From the NCBI GenBank assembly GCA_046733935.1, contig JBKPQH010000026.1, positions 2,905 to 66,904 on the forward strand: a DNA stretch of 64,000 bases. The letters are read 5' to 3'. This DNA is from Pseudomonadota bacterium (GTDB lineage: Bacteria; Pseudomonadota; Alphaproteobacteria; Sphingomonadales; Sphingomonadaceae). The notes below the pieces were generated by a model that made no database searches, was not told the DNA's origin, and saw only the letters and a program-made list of their open reading frames with translations. Numbering within the stretch: the stretch's first letter is position 1; each line of letters begins with the position of its first letter. The translations under genes and the position numbers were made by a program. This document shows positions 1-9,892 of the stretch, piece after piece.

Positions 1-207
1 CTTGTCGAACACCTTGCCGGTCATCTGGCCGCGCACTCCGCCGCCTCCAGCTTCGCCGCTTGTGTCCGTCCGGTCCCAGGGCGTGAAAACGAACGCAGCG
101 TCAGACCCGGCCTCACGCTCGATCTCCTCGAACGCCGCGCAGATGCGGTCGCGGAGCGATTCGAACCAGTCGCGGGCGGCCTGCTGCTGGTCGTCGAGCT
201 CGATCAT
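1..207 (-). CDS. hemF: oxygen-dependent coproporphyrinogen-III oxidase, N-terminal 69 codons (gene continues left of window)
   Basis: Own reverse-strand translation from ATG at 207: MIELDDQQQAARDWFESLRDRICAAFEEIEREAG...TPWDRTDTSGEAGGGGVRGQMTGKVFDK. Fits the remembered HemF N-terminus (W-x-R..GGG..G-x-VF-x-K). Absent from the ORF track because it runs off the edge. Confidence 0.7.
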   Translation of the reverse strand, partial: MIELDDQQQAARDWFESLRDRICAAFEEIEREAGSDAAFVFTPWDRTDTSGEAGGGGVRGQMTGKVFDK

Positions 208-346
208 GCGCGCCTCATTGCGATGTCCTTGCCGGGAGGCAAGCCGGCACATGGCGAAGATGTAATGTCGACATAAAGCTGCTGTTCACCGGCAGGCCGT
301 CAGTTTCTCGCGCAGCAGGGGACATGAATTCAAGGACTTAGCAGGC

Positions 347-757
347 ATGAAGACCCTTCTTTTCACGCTCGCGCTGGGCGCGACGATCGCTTCGACTGCT
401 GCGGCGGCGCAGGATCGGCGCGGCGGACACGGCGGCTGGATGCAGGACATGACGCGCGCCCAGGCGCAACAGATGGCCGATGCGATGTTCCAGCGCTTCG
501 ATCTCAATCACGACGGCACTGTCACGCGGCAGGAGGCGGATCAGGCGGGAGCGCAATATGGCGAGCGGGCGCAGCGCATGATCGACCGGGTATTCGGCTC
601 GGCGCAATCGCTAACGCTTCAGCAATTCGAGGCGCAGCAGCTCGCGCGCTTCGACCGCGACGACCTCAACCATGACGGGACGGTGACATCAGTGGAAAGG
701 CAGCAGGCTCGCGCAGCGCTCAAGGCGGAACGAGCCGCGCAGCCGCAGTCTCAGTAA
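347..757 (+). CDS. secreted EF-hand calcium-binding protein
   Basis: 136 aa. Signal-like N-terminus MKTLLFTLALGATIASTAAAA. Two DLNHDGTVT loops match the canonical EF-hand DxNxDGxV pattern. Confidence 0.75.
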   Translation: MKTLLFTLALGATIASTAAAAQDRRGGHGGWMQDMTRAQAQQMADAMFQRFDLNHDGTVTRQEADQAGAQYGERAQRMIDRVFGSAQSLTLQQFEAQQLARFDRDDLNHDGTVTSVERQQARAALKAERAAQPQSQ

Positions 758-980
758 ACGCGGCGCTGCGCGTTCACCAGCATCCTCAAGAGCATGGCGA
801 CGGGCCGAGGCACGCCGACCTTGCCCTCGAGCCACAGGCTGACTGCCGAGCGAGAAACTCCGATCGCTTGCGCGAGGTCGTTTTGCGTGCGGTAGCCGAG
901 GCTGCGCATGGCGGAGCGCAACTCTTCGGGCGCCATCGAGGCCAGCATTTCGCGGTTTTCGCTCGTTTGGACGCTCGCCA

Positions 981-981
<1 letters not shown>
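751..981 (-). CDS. XRE-family helix-turn-helix transcriptional regulator (76 aa)
   Basis: QNDLAQAIGVSRSAVSLWLEGK is a classic Cro/XRE HTH. Its ATG shares one base with the glnB stop (TGATG). Confidence 0.7.
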
Positions 982-1358
<377 letters not shown>

Positions 1359-1393
1359 TCACCGCCGCATTTGGAAGGCAGGCCGCGCTCGAA

Positions 1394-2143
1394 ATGAAAG
1401 CTATCATCCTTTCGGCAGGGCAGGGGTCGCGGCTCGGGCATCTGGTCGACGACCGGCCCAAGTGCCTGATCGATTTCAATGGGCGGAGCCTGCTCGACCG
1501 GCAGCTCGATACGCTCGAGGCGAACGGCGTGCATGAAGCCGTCGTGGTCAGCGGCTTCCACGATGAACTCGTTCAGCAGGCGATCGCGGCGCGGACCGGC
1601 GGGCCCGCCGTGAGGACGATCTTCAACCCCTTCTACAAGGTCGCGGACAATACCGGCTCGCTCTTCATGGCGCGCGAGGAGCTGACCGGTGATTGCCTGG
1701 TCTGGAACGGCGACACGCTGGTCTCGCGGGAGCTGATGCGGAAGGTGGTCGTGAACGATCGGCCCGGCATCTGCGTCACGATCGACCGCAAGCAGGCCTA
1801 CGACGAGGACGACATGAAGGTGATCGCGGCCGAAGACGGGCGGCTGCGGGCAATCGGCAAACGGATTTCCGAAAGGGCGAATGCGGAATCGATCGGACTC
1901 CTGGCCTTTCGGTCGGGGGGCGCCGAGCAGTTCCGCGAGGCGATCGAGCGGGCGATGCGCACCACAGAGGGGACGACCATCTGGTACCTGCGCGTGATCC
2001 ACCACCTCGCCCAGAATGGGGAGGTGTGGACGCTAGACATCAACGGCGAGGAGTGGGGCGAGGTCGACTTTCCGGCCGACGTCGAGGCAGCGCGCGCGCT
2101 GACGGCCGGATGGGACGCGGAGGCCAAGGCCGCGGCGGCCTGA
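1394..2143 (+). CDS. sugar-phosphate nucleotidyltransferase family protein (LicC/MobA-like fold)
   Basis: 249 aa. MKAIILSAGQGSRLG...PKCL nucleotide-binding loop. Confidence 0.75.
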   Translation: MKAIILSAGQGSRLGHLVDDRPKCLIDFNGRSLLDRQLDTLEANGVHEAVVVSGFHDELVQQAIAARTGGPAVRTIFNPFYKVADNTGSLFMAREELTGDCLVWNGDTLVSRELMRKVVVNDRPGICVTIDRKQAYDEDDMKVIAAEDGRLRAIGKRISERANAESIGLLAFRSGGAEQFREAIERAMRTTEGTTIWYLRVIHHLAQNGEVWTLDINGEEWGEVDFPADVEAARALTAGWDAEAKAAAA

Positions 2144-2811
2144 TGGAGGCGCTGCGTATCCCCGTCGGCGACGAGAGCGTTTCGGCGCTCCTGATCCGGC
2201 CTGCGAATGCGAAGGCGTTGTACCTGTTTGCGCACGGTGCGGGCGCGGGGATGACGCACAAGAGCATGGCGTCGAACGCGGACGGGCTGGCCAAGCGCGG
2301 CATCGCGACGCTGCGCTACCAATTCCCGTACATGGAGAAGGGTTCGAAGCGACCGGACTCGCCCAAGATCGCACACGCGGCGGTACGGGCTGCGGCGGCT
2401 GAGGCGTTGAGGCTGGCGCCGGACCTGCCGCTGTTCGCAGGCGGGAGATCGTTCGGCGGGCGGATGACCTCGCAGGCGCAGGCGGTTGAGCCGCTGCCCG
2501 GAGTGCGCGGGCTCGCCTTCCTCGGCTTCCCGCTCCACCCCGCCGGGAAGCCGGGCATCGAACGCGCCGAGCATCTCTCGCGCGTCGAGGTGCCGATGCT
2601 TTTCGTGTCCGGCGCTCGCGATGCGCTGGCGGAGATGGATCTGCTGAAGCCGGTGGTTGCGCGTCTCAGGGATCGTGCCACGCTGCATGTGGTCGCCGAT
2701 GCCGATCACAGCCTCAAGGTACCGGCGAAGAGCGGACGCACGCCTGCCGAAGCAGAAGCCGAAGCTCTCGACGCGCTGGCGGAGTGGATGATCCTTTTGA
2801 GTAGAAGTTGA
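2143..2811 (+). CDS. alpha/beta hydrolase (dienelactone hydrolase / KANL3-like)
   Basis: Distal 222 codons of track ORF 1693..2811, starting at ATG 2143, which overlaps the upstream stop (ATGA). Motifs FAHGAGAG and GGRSFGGR (nucleophile elbow). Confidence 0.7.
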   Translation: MEALRIPVGDESVSALLIRPANAKALYLFAHGAGAGMTHKSMASNADGLAKRGIATLRYQFPYMEKGSKRPDSPKIAHAAVRAAAAEALRLAPDLPLFAGGRSFGGRMTSQAQAVEPLPGVRGLAFLGFPLHPAGKPGIERAEHLSRVEVPMLFVSGARDALAEMDLLKPVVARLRDRATLHVVADADHSLKVPAKSGRTPAEAEAEALDALAEWMILLSRS

Positions 2812-2994
2812 CCGGACGCGAGCTAGTAAGGGCTTAACGTCACTAAAGTCACGGACAGCGGCGCTTTTGCCGTGACCTTATCGGCGTTCCACGGCCACGC
2901 TTGAGATCGGACGATGCGAATGAGCCATACCTAGATTGCGGCCCCGACTTGGTGACAGGCGAGATCGTATTTTGAAAGCCTGTCGCTAATGTCT

Positions 2995-3019
2995 GCTTTG
3001 GGTGGAAACCTGCCATTAG
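2995..3019. repeat. REP-like intergenic repeat, diverged copy
   Basis: gctttgggtggaaacctgccattag. Shares aatgtctgc-(t/a)(t/a)-tgggt with the copy at 3381-3400 and ctgccattag (reverse complement of ttaatggcag) with the copy at 4355-4364. Confidence 0.35.
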
Positions 3020-3022
3020 TTC

Positions 3023-3349
3023 TCAGGCTTCGCCTTCACCCTTGTAGCCATGGATTGTCCCCCAAACGGTTTGTTTCCCCGGCTCTATTTGTCGCAGGTT
3101 CCACGCGAGGTGATCGTCAACGAGTTCGATATCCTTATGGCTGAAGGTCTCGCGCACCTTGTCGACCTCTAATAGCCGCGATCCGCAAGACTCCACGTCC
3201 CGCAAAAGAAGTTCTCGAGCGGTCTCTTCGTCGGGAGCTATGGCAACCATCCAGCCGCACGCGCCGTGTGCCCAGTCCGGGAGTATTTTTTGCTCCTCAT
3301 CGCGCCGCTCGAACGTGATCAGAGCGAGCCAAAAACGCCCATAGGTCAT
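3023..3349 (-). CDS. hypothetical protein (108 aa)
   Basis: Track ORF in the lower-GC islet. No motif recognised. Flanked by REP-like repeats. Confidence 0.45.
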   Translation of the reverse strand: MTYGRFWLALITFERRDEEQKILPDWAHGACGWMVAIAPDEETARELLLRDVESCGSRLLEVDKVRETFSHKDIELVDDHLAWNLRQIEPGKQTVWGTIHGYKGEGEA

Positions 3350-3392
3350 GACCCCGCGTCGGACCTTCTCGCAATCGCGTCAATGTCTGCAA

Positions 3393-3417
3393 TGGGTCGA
3401 AAACAGACTCTAGGCGA
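3393..3417. repeat. REP-like intergenic repeat
   Basis: tgggtcgaaaacagactctaggcga. Core tgggtcgaaa-R-c-R-gac recurs at 3427 and 4366. Confidence 0.5.
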
Positions 3418-3426
3418 GAGTCAGGT

Positions 3427-3450
3427 TTGGGTCGAAAGCAGACGCTGGCT
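3427..3450. repeat. REP-like intergenic repeat
   Basis: ttgggtcgaaagcagacgctggct, in tandem with the copy at 3393. Confidence 0.5.
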
Positions 3451-3778
3451 AATATGCGCGTGGTGGAGCGCCAATGTCCTTGGAGGGATCGTGCGGCCCC
3501 TCCTCATTTATCGTTTCATATCGTTTGTGAAGGGCATCATAGAGGCCCAACGCTTCGTCACCTCGCCGCCCCCAATCGAGCACCCGGTAGAAGCGGCTGC
3601 CATGCGACCCTGTTTTGAAAATCAGGTCTAGGAAGGCCGCGCCCAACGTTGCAGGACCTAGAACGAAACTGAATAAGCTGGCGATCAATAGCTTCACCTG
3701 AAGCATGAGAACGTCGCAAACGAAGTCTAATCGCGTGTGTGGACGCGCTTCGGGCTTTGGGCGCAATGGCCGTTTCAT
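3449..3778 (-). CDS. hypothetical membrane protein (109 aa)
   Basis: Track ORF. One hydrophobic stretch, LLIASLFSFVLGPATLGAAFLDLIF. No family recognised. Confidence 0.35.
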   Translation of the reverse strand: MKRPLRPKPEARPHTRLDFVCDVLMLQVKLLIASLFSFVLGPATLGAAFLDLIFKTGSHGSRFYRVLDWGRRGDEALGLYDALHKRYETINEEGPHDPSKDIGAPPRAY

Positions 3779-3951
3779 CCATCCTCACACTTCTCGCTCG
3801 AGCGTGCGCTGACGCTACATCCACGAAGCATCCGCTTTGGGCAAATTTATTGGACGAGATCAACTCGCCCTCCTACGCCTCGCCCAGCTCCGTTGCGTCG
3901 CGTTCGTGCGTCATTGGCCGCCCGGTTCGGGGCTCCTGAAGGGGACATTCT

Positions 3952-4335
3952 ATGGAAATCATTGCTCGTACCGCGCTTGCGGCAGCCGCTATCGCATTTG
4001 TGTCGAGCGCCGCACTCGCGCAGGATGCCACCAGGGTCGATCCAAAGCACTACAAGGTCATCACCGAAAACGCGCAGGTGCGGGTGCTCCGCATTCACTA
4101 CGGACCCCACGAGACAAGCGTCCGTCATTCGCACCCTGATTCGGTCGTGACCTACCTCACGGACGGCAATATCAACTTCGTGCTGGGCAACGGAAAGACC
4201 ATCACCGCGAAGACCAAGGCCGGTGAAGCAGAGTTTGCCCCCGCCGGAATTCACACTCCGACCAATCTCAGTGACAAGCCGTTCGAGGCGATCCTTGTCG
4301 AGCTGAAGGGCAAGGGAGTTCCGAAGAAGAAGTAG
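3952..4335 (+). CDS. secreted cupin-domain protein
   Basis: 127 aa. Signal peptide ending AALAQD. Beta-rich core with an HSHPD...H pattern typical of cupin_2. Confidence 0.65.
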   Translation: MEIIARTALAAAAIAFVSSAALAQDATRVDPKHYKVITENAQVRVLRIHYGPHETSVRHSHPDSVVTYLTDGNINFVLGNGKTITAKTKAGEAEFAPAGIHTPTNLSDKPFEAILVELKGKGVPKKK

Positions 4336-4365
4336 CCGTGTGCCCGCGGTAAGTTAATGGCAGCT

Positions 4366-4391
4366 TTGGGTCGAAAGCGGACTCTAGGCGA
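4366..4391. repeat. REP-like intergenic repeat
   Basis: ttgggtcgaaagcggactctaggcga, between convergent genes. Its reverse-strand reading (..SPLSTQSCH) resembles spurious small ORFs I remember this repeat family producing in Alphaproteobacteria. Confidence 0.5.
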
Positions 4392-4397
4392 TCTAGA

Positions 4398-4805
4398 CTA
4401 AGGACTGGGCGGCAAGAACCGTCCGACAATATCCCGAGCCAGCCTCGCCGGGCGCTTCGTCGCCGCGTCGAGGCAGCACCAGCAGCTCGAAATCTCGCTC
4501 AGCACGTCGTCGCCGCGCTTGAGGACGGTGCGGAAGAAGGCGCGAGCGCCCTCGACCTTCTCGGCAATGACCTCGGCAACGACATTGTCCTGGAGGAAGG
4601 TCGGGCGGAGGTAGGTGATCTCATGCTTGAGCGCGACCCACAGGTGCTGGGCAACGGCGCCGGGCGGCGCGACACTGCGCCAGTAATCCACGACCGCCTC
4701 CTGCACCCACTTGAGGTACACGGCATTGTTGACGTGACCCATGTGGTCGATGTCGGCGGGATCAATGGCGACGGGGTGGCGGAACATGATGGTGCAGGCT
4801 CTCAC
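4398..4805 (-). CDS. acyl-CoA thioesterase (4HBT/YbgC hot-dog fold)
   Basis: DIDHMGHVNNAVYLKW motif. 135 aa; the start may instead be the internal MFRHP at 4787. Confidence 0.75.
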   Translation of the reverse strand: MRACTIMFRHPVAIDPADIDHMGHVNNAVYLKWVQEAVVDYWRSVAPPGAVAQHLWVALKHEITYLRPTFLQDNVVAEVIAEKVEGARAFFRTVLKRGDDVLSEISSCWCCLDAATKRPARLARDIVGRFLPPSP

Positions 4806-4820
4806 CTGCTGACAGCGGTG

Positions 4821-5648
4821 TCAATAAGGTGGGTGGTCGAACCCGCCGGGACTCTTCGTAAATACCTCGCAGCCCGTCTCGGTAATTCCGATCGAATGTT
4901 CGAACTGCGCGGAGAGCGAGCGGTCGCGGGTGACGGCGGTCCAGCCGTCGTCGAGCACCTTCACGTCGGGGCGGCCGATGTTGATCATCGGCTCGACGGT
5001 GAAGATCATTCCGGACTTGAGCTCGGGGCCGGTGCCCGGGCGGCCGGCGTGGATGACTTCGGGGCTGTCGTGGAACAGGCGGCCGACGCCGTGGCCGCAG
5101 AAGTCGCGGACGACGCTGTAGCGCTGGCCCTCGGCATGGCGCTGGATGGCGTTGGCGATGTCGCCGAGATAGTTGCCTGGTCTCGCCTGCTCGAGCCCGA
5201 GCATCAGGCATTCGTAGGTCACGTCGACGAGCTTCCGCGCCTTCAGCGGCACGTCGCCGACCAGGTACATACGGCTGGTGTCGCCGTGCCAGCCATCGAC
5301 GATCGGCGTCACGTCGATGTTGACGATGTCGCCGTCCTTCAGCGTGCGGTCGCTGGGAATGCCGTGGCAGACGACGTGGTTGATCGAGATGCAGCAGCTC
5401 TTCGTGTAGCCGCGATAGCCGAGCGTCGCGGGAATCCCGCCGCCTTCGAGCGTCATCTTGTAGACGATGTCGTCCAGCTCCTGTGTCGAGACGCCGGGGA
5501 CGACGTACGGAACGAGGGCATCCAGGATCGATGCCGCCAGGCGGCCGGCGCGGCGCATGCCCTCGAACGCTTCCGGCCCGTGCAGCTTGATCACGCCGTT
5601 GCGCGCTTCCAGCCGGTCGTCGGGAGCGACGGTGATGTATTGAGTCAT
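4821..5648 (-). CDS. map: type I methionine aminopeptidase
   Basis: Track ORF trimmed to ATG 5648 (MTQYITV). Motifs HGIP..DGDIVNIDVT..GWHGDTSRMY..FCGHGVG..FTVEP give the MetAP metal-ligand pattern. Confidence 0.9.
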   Translation of the reverse strand: MTQYITVAPDDRLEARNGVIKLHGPEAFEGMRRAGRLAASILDALVPYVVPGVSTQELDDIVYKMTLEGGGIPATLGYRGYTKSCCISINHVVCHGIPSDRTLKDGDIVNIDVTPIVDGWHGDTSRMYLVGDVPLKARKLVDVTYECLMLGLEQARPGNYLGDIANAIQRHAEGQRYSVVRDFCGHGVGRLFHDSPEVIHAGRPGTGPELKSGMIFTVEPMINIGRPDVKVLDDGWTAVTRDRSLSAQFEHSIGITETGCEVFTKSPGGFDHPPY

Positions 5649-5693
5649 ACTCCCTAGATAGGCATTCGGACGCTCGGAGTCACCGGAGGCGGC

Positions 5694-6458
5694 GTGGTCG
5701 ATCAATCGAAAGTCTGGACGGCCGCGCTGGTGGTGATCGGAGACGAGATTCTCTCGGGCCGGACGCAGGACAAGAATGTCGCGCAGGTCGCGACCTGGCT
5801 GAACGAGCAGGGCATCCGGCTGGCCGAAGTGCGGATCGTTCCCGACCTAGTGGGTGCGATCGGCGACACGGTGAATGCGCTGCGGTCGGCGCACGATTAT
5901 GTGTTCACGACCGGTGGAATCGGGCCGACGCACGACGACATCACCGTGGACGCGATCGCGGAGGCGTTTGGAGTGCCCGTCGTCGTGCATCCCGACGCTC
6001 GCGCCATTCTCGAAGGTTACTACCGAGATCGGCCCGGTGGCTTGACCGACGCTCGTCTTCGGATGGCCCGGGTTCCCGAGGGGGCGGAGCTGATTCCGAA
6101 CCCGACGTCGGGCGCTCCCGGAGTGAAGATCGACAACGTCTACATCATGGCGGGGGTGCCGCACATCGCCGCGAGCATGCTGCAGGCCCTTGCCGGGAAG
6201 CTGCAAGGCGGCCGGCCGGTCGTCTCCGTCACCGTGGGCGCGCGCGCGGCGGAAAGCGATGTCGCGGACCTGCTTCGCGAAACCGAGGAAGCGCACCCGG
6301 GCGTCGCGATCGGCAGCTATCCTTTCTTCATGGACGGACGGTACGGCGCGAATTTCGTCATCCGGTCGGAGGATCGAGAACTAGCGCAGGCTACCGGCGA
6401 GGACCTCTCCGCGCGACTGCGGGAAGCCGGGTTCGAGCCGATCGAAGGCGGGATATAG
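5694..6458 (+). CDS. CinA-like molybdopterin-binding (MoCF) domain protein
   Basis: VVIGDEILSGRTQDKN...FTTGGIGPTHDDIT. 254 aa, GTG start. Confidence 0.8.
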   Translation: MVDQSKVWTAALVVIGDEILSGRTQDKNVAQVATWLNEQGIRLAEVRIVPDLVGAIGDTVNALRSAHDYVFTTGGIGPTHDDITVDAIAEAFGVPVVVHPDARAILEGYYRDRPGGLTDARLRMARVPEGAELIPNPTSGAPGVKIDNVYIMAGVPHIAASMLQALAGKLQGGRPVVSVTVGARAAESDVADLLRETEEAHPGVAIGSYPFFMDGRYGANFVIRSEDRELAQATGEDLSARLREAGFEPIEGGI

Positions 6459-6593
6459 CGCATTCCACAATTGCTGAAGCAGCTCGCCGCTCGCTGCGCT
6501 CGAGATTTCAAACATCCCCGGATGGACGCGGGTCGCCCCTCCGCTGCGCTCCGGGCGCTCCAAAATCAAAACATCCCCCGGGCGTTCCGATTT

Positions 6594-6667
6594 TGGAGCG
6601 GGTAACGGGAATCGAACCCGTGCGTTCAGCTTGGGAAGCTGACAGGCTACCATTACATCATACCCGC
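6594..6667 (-). tRNA. tRNA-Gly (anticodon CCC)
   Basis: Cloverleaf read by eye on the minus strand. GCGGGTA acceptor; anticodon stem TCAGC/GCTGA with loop TTCCCAA; T-arm ACGGG-TTCGATT-CCCGT; encoded CCA. Confidence 0.85.
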
Positions 6668-6763
6668 CCAGCAGCGGCGCTCGAGTTAGGTCCGCCGCTC
6701 AAGCGCGTCAACGCGAGATGAAATCTTCTTCATCGGGAACGTACCCGCCGAATTGGCGTTGCG

Positions 6764-6785
6764 TATAATAAGCACCCTTACTATA
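6764..6785. promoter_or_regulatory. candidate MarR operator overlapping a -10-like TATAAT
   Basis: Inverted repeat TATAATAAG-cacc-CTTACTATA (8 of 9 complementary), ending 11 nt upstream of the marR ATG. Confidence 0.4.
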
Positions 6786-6795
6786 TCCGTCGCAA

Positions 6796-7239
6796 ATGGA
6801 AACGATCCCGTTCGAAATCGGAGAGACCGCGCATGCGCTGCGCAAGGCGTTCGACCGCCTCGCGGTGGGGCTCGGCGTCACGCGCGCGCAGTGGAAGGTG
6901 CTGTTCAAGCTGACCCGCACTCCGGGGCTCCGACAGGTGGAGCTGGCGGACATGCTGGAGCTCGAGCCGATCACCTTGTGCCGAATCGTCGACCGGCTCG
7001 AAGAAGCAGGACTGGTCGAGCGTATTCGGGACCCGGACGACCGGCGTGCGTGGCGGCTTCACGTCACCGCAAACGCGCAGCCGCTCATCGACAAACTCCA
7101 GGCGGTCGGTGCCGAGCTCGTTGAGCATGCGTTCTCGGGGATCGACCCGAAAGACATTGAAATCACACGTCAGGTGCTGGCGCGCGTTCGCGAGAATGCC
7201 GGCCGGACTTCCGCAATCAGCAGGGCGTCGAACGAATGA
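6796..7239 (+). CDS. MarR-family transcriptional regulator
   Basis: 147 aa. Winged-helix core QVELADMLELEPITLCRIVDRLEEAGLVERIRDPDDRR. Confidence 0.85.
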   Translation: METIPFEIGETAHALRKAFDRLAVGLGVTRAQWKVLFKLTRTPGLRQVELADMLELEPITLCRIVDRLEEAGLVERIRDPDDRRAWRLHVTANAQPLIDKLQAVGAELVEHAFSGIDPKDIEITRQVLARVRENAGRTSAISRASNE

Positions 7240-8306
7240 ACAAGATGGCAACCGAACCCATGACCGCTGCCGCCGAGGCTCCGGAAGCCAAGGCGACTCG
7301 CAAGAAGGTGGCGGACAAGGGGATGCTCAGGACGATCCTGATGCTGATTGTTCCGGCGCTGCTGCTGATCGGCGGCGCTTATTATTATCTGACCAGCGGC
7401 GGAAGCGTGTCGACCGACGATGCGCAAGTGAAGCAGGACATCGTCTCCGTCAGTCCGCAGGTCAACGGCCAGATCGTGCAGGTGTTCGTCCGTAACGGCG
7501 CGCGCGTGCACCGCGGCGACCTGCTGTTCCGCATCGATCCGCAGCCTTACCGGGTCGCTCTCGAGCAGGCCCAGGCGCAGCTCGCCAATGCACGTTTGCA
7601 GACGACGGTGCTGCAGACGACTGCGGCCGGAACGAGCGGCGACATCACCGGCGCGCAGGCCAATCTTTCGATCAAGCGCAATGCGCTGGCGCGCCAGCAG
7701 GCTCTTCTGAAGCAGGGCTTCACGACCCGCTCCGACTACGATGATGCGCTCAATGAAGTCCGCAGCGCCGAGACGCAGCTTGCGGATGCTCGCGCGCGGG
7801 CGGCCAATGCCCATGCGGCGGTCGCGCCCGGCGAGCAGCCGCAGATCGGGCAGGCACAGGCGGCCGTCGACAAGGCGCGCCTCGATCTTTCGCGGACCGA
7901 CGTGCGCGCTCCGATGGACGGAGTGGTCGAGAACGCCGACAACCTCCAGATCGGCCAGATGGCCGTGACCGGCGTCGGAATGCTTTCGCTCGTCCACAGC
8001 ACCAATGCATGGGTCGAGGCGAACTTCAAGGAGAAGGACGTCGGCCGCATGGTCCCGGGGCAGCGCGCGACGATCGAGGTCGATGCATATTCGGGCCAGA
8101 AGTTCGAAGGCCACGTGCAAAGCGTCGGCGCTGGCACCGGAAGCGAATTCTCGCTGCTTCCCGCCCAGAACGCCAACGGCAATTGGGTCAAGGTCACGCA
8201 GCGCGTGCCCGTCAGGATCGCTTTCAACGGCACGCCTTCGAAGCCGATGATCGCCGGCCTTTCGGTCACCGCAAAAGTCTATTTCGACGAAGCCAAGAAG
8301 AAGTAA
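7236..8306 (+). CDS. emrA: HlyD/EmrA-family efflux periplasmic adaptor
   Basis: 356 aa. N-terminal TM, coiled-coil centre, beta-barrel C-terminus. Start overlaps the marR stop (ATGA). Confidence 0.85.
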   Translation: MNKMATEPMTAAAEAPEAKATRKKVADKGMLRTILMLIVPALLLIGGAYYYLTSGGSVSTDDAQVKQDIVSVSPQVNGQIVQVFVRNGARVHRGDLLFRIDPQPYRVALEQAQAQLANARLQTTVLQTTAAGTSGDITGAQANLSIKRNALARQQALLKQGFTTRSDYDDALNEVRSAETQLADARARAANAHAAVAPGEQPQIGQAQAAVDKARLDLSRTDVRAPMDGVVENADNLQIGQMAVTGVGMLSLVHSTNAWVEANFKEKDVGRMVPGQRATIEVDAYSGQKFEGHVQSVGAGTGSEFSLLPAQNANGNWVKVTQRVPVRIAFNGTPSKPMIAGLSVTAKVYFDEAKKK

Positions 8307-8313
8307 TCCGTCC

Positions 8314-9870
8314 ATGGCCGACGACACTCCGGCCCACGTCGCGACGCATCCGCTACCGACGGGCGAGCGGCTGATCGTCACCATCGGCGTGATGATGGCC
8401 GTCCTCCTGCAGGTGCTGGACACGACCATTGCCAACGTCGCTCTGCCGCACATGCAGGCGAGCCTCAGCGCGACGCAGGACACGATCAACTGGGTGCTGA
8501 CGAGCTACATCGTGGCTTCGGCGATCGCTTTGCCGATTAGCGGCTGGCTTGCCGATAAAGTCGGGCGCAAGCGATTGCTCCTGATCTCGGTGGTCGGTTT
8601 CACGGCGGCGTCGGTGCTCTGCGCAACGGCCACCTCGCTGACCGAGATGGTACTGTTCCGCGCGGTCCAGGGCATCAGCGGCGCGTTCATCGTTCCGCTC
8701 GCGCAGGCGACGCTATTCGACATCAATCCGCGCGAGAAGCACGGCCAGGCGATGGCGCTCTTCGGGGGCGGCGTGATGATCGGGCCGATCCTCGGGCCGG
8801 TGCTCGGCGGCTGGCTGACCGACAATTACAACTGGCGCTGGGTGTTCCTGGTGAACCTGCCGGTCGGAATCATCTGCACGCTGATCATGATGCGCTTCAT
8901 GCCCAAGACGGAGAAGCACGAGCGCAGGTTCGACATGTTCGGGTTTATCCTGCTGGCGCTCGCGCTCGCCGGGCTTCAGCTGTTCCTCGACCGCGGCGAG
9001 CAGGAAGACTGGCTGTCCAGTTGGGAGATCCGCGTCGAGCTGGGGCTGGCGATCGCCGCGTCATGGATGTTCATCGTCCACATGGCGACATCGAAACACC
9101 CGCTGTTCGAGCGGGCGATGTTCATCGACCGTAATTTCGCGACGAGCCTGGTGTTCATGGCCGCGACCGGAGTGCTGCTGCTCGCCGGGCTCGCCCTGCT
9201 GCCGCCCCTGCTCCAGAACATGTATGGCTATTCGGTGCTTCAGTCGGGCTTTCTCACCGCGCCGCGCGGGCTCGGCACCCTGGTCTCGATGCTGGTCGCC
9301 GGGCGTGCGACAGGCAAGATCGATGCACGTCTCCTGGTCGGCATCGGAGTCGTCCTGATGGGCGTGTCTCTCTACATGATGACCGGTTTCGCGATCGATC
9401 AGCCATCACGGCCGGTGATCGTCAGCGGCGTCGTGCAGGGGCTGGGCCTGGGCCTCATCTTCGTGCCGCTGCAGACTCTCGCTTTCGAGACTCTCGCTCC
9501 GCGCCTCAGAACGACCGGCGCCGCGCTATTGAACCTGTCGCGCAACATCGGCGGGTCGATCGGCATCTCCGTCGTCAGCACGCAGCTGGTCCGGATGACG
9601 CAGGTCAGCCATGCCGACCTCGCGGCGCAGATCACTCAGCAGAACATCCCGACCGCGGATCCGACAATTCTGCAGACGGCGATTCCCGTCGCTGGACCGG
9701 CCGCGCTTGCCTACATCAACATGATGGTGACGAAGCAGGCGTTGTTCATCGCCTATCTCGACGATTTCAAGCTGATGATGCTGGTGACGTTCGCGGTCCT
9801 CCCGCTGCTGTTCTTCATGAAACGCGGCAACCGAGTGGGTAGCGGCGGACCGCCGGTGCACATGGATTGA
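8314..9870 (+). CDS. emrB: DHA2 (EmrB/QacA) MFS multidrug efflux transporter
   Basis: 518 aa, many TM segments. Motifs [13 protein letters not shown] and [11 protein letters not shown]. Confidence 0.85.
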   Translation: MADDTPAHVATHPLPTGERLIVTIGVMMAVLLQVLDTTIANVALPHMQASLSATQDTINWVLTSYIVASAIALPISGWLADKVGRKRLLLISVVGFTAASVLCATATSLTEMVLFRAVQGISGAFIVPLAQATLFDINPREKHGQAMALFGGGVMIGPILGPVLGGWLTDNYNWRWVFLVNLPVGIICTLIMMRFMPKTEKHERRFDMFGFILLALALAGLQLFLDRGEQEDWLSSWEIRVELGLAIAASWMFIVHMATSKHPLFERAMFIDRNFATSLVFMAATGVLLLAGLALLPPLLQNMYGYSVLQSGFLTAPRGLGTLVSMLVAGRATGKIDARLLVGIGVVLMGVSLYMMTGFAIDQPSRPVIVSGVVQGLGLGLIFVPLQTLAFETLAPRLRTTGAALLNLSRNIGGSIGISVVSTQLVRMTQVSHADLAAQITQQNIPTADPTILQTAIPVAGPAALAYINMMVTKQALFIAYLDDFKLMMLVTFAVLPLLFFMKRGNRVGSGGPPVHMD

Positions 9871-9892
9871 GCAAGAGAAAAGGAGACGCGCG

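Noticed and set aside
2-265. 87-aa plus-strand ORF at the left edge
   Set aside because: It is the antisense shadow of a convincing hemF N-terminus on the minus strand. Its Ser/Arg/Pro-rich composition is typical of GC-rich shadow ORFs.
1693-2142. N-terminal 150 codons of the 372-aa ORF 1693..2811
   Set aside because: Arg/Gly-rich and out of frame within the nucleotidyltransferase gene. The hydrolase domain begins at ATG 2143, coupled to the upstream stop.
4623-5657. 344-aa plus-strand ORF
   Set aside because: Antisense to map and the thioesterase. No recognisable motifs.
7170-8489. 439-aa minus-strand ORF
   Set aside because: Antisense to emrA/emrB. Arg/Ala/Gly-rich shadow ORF.
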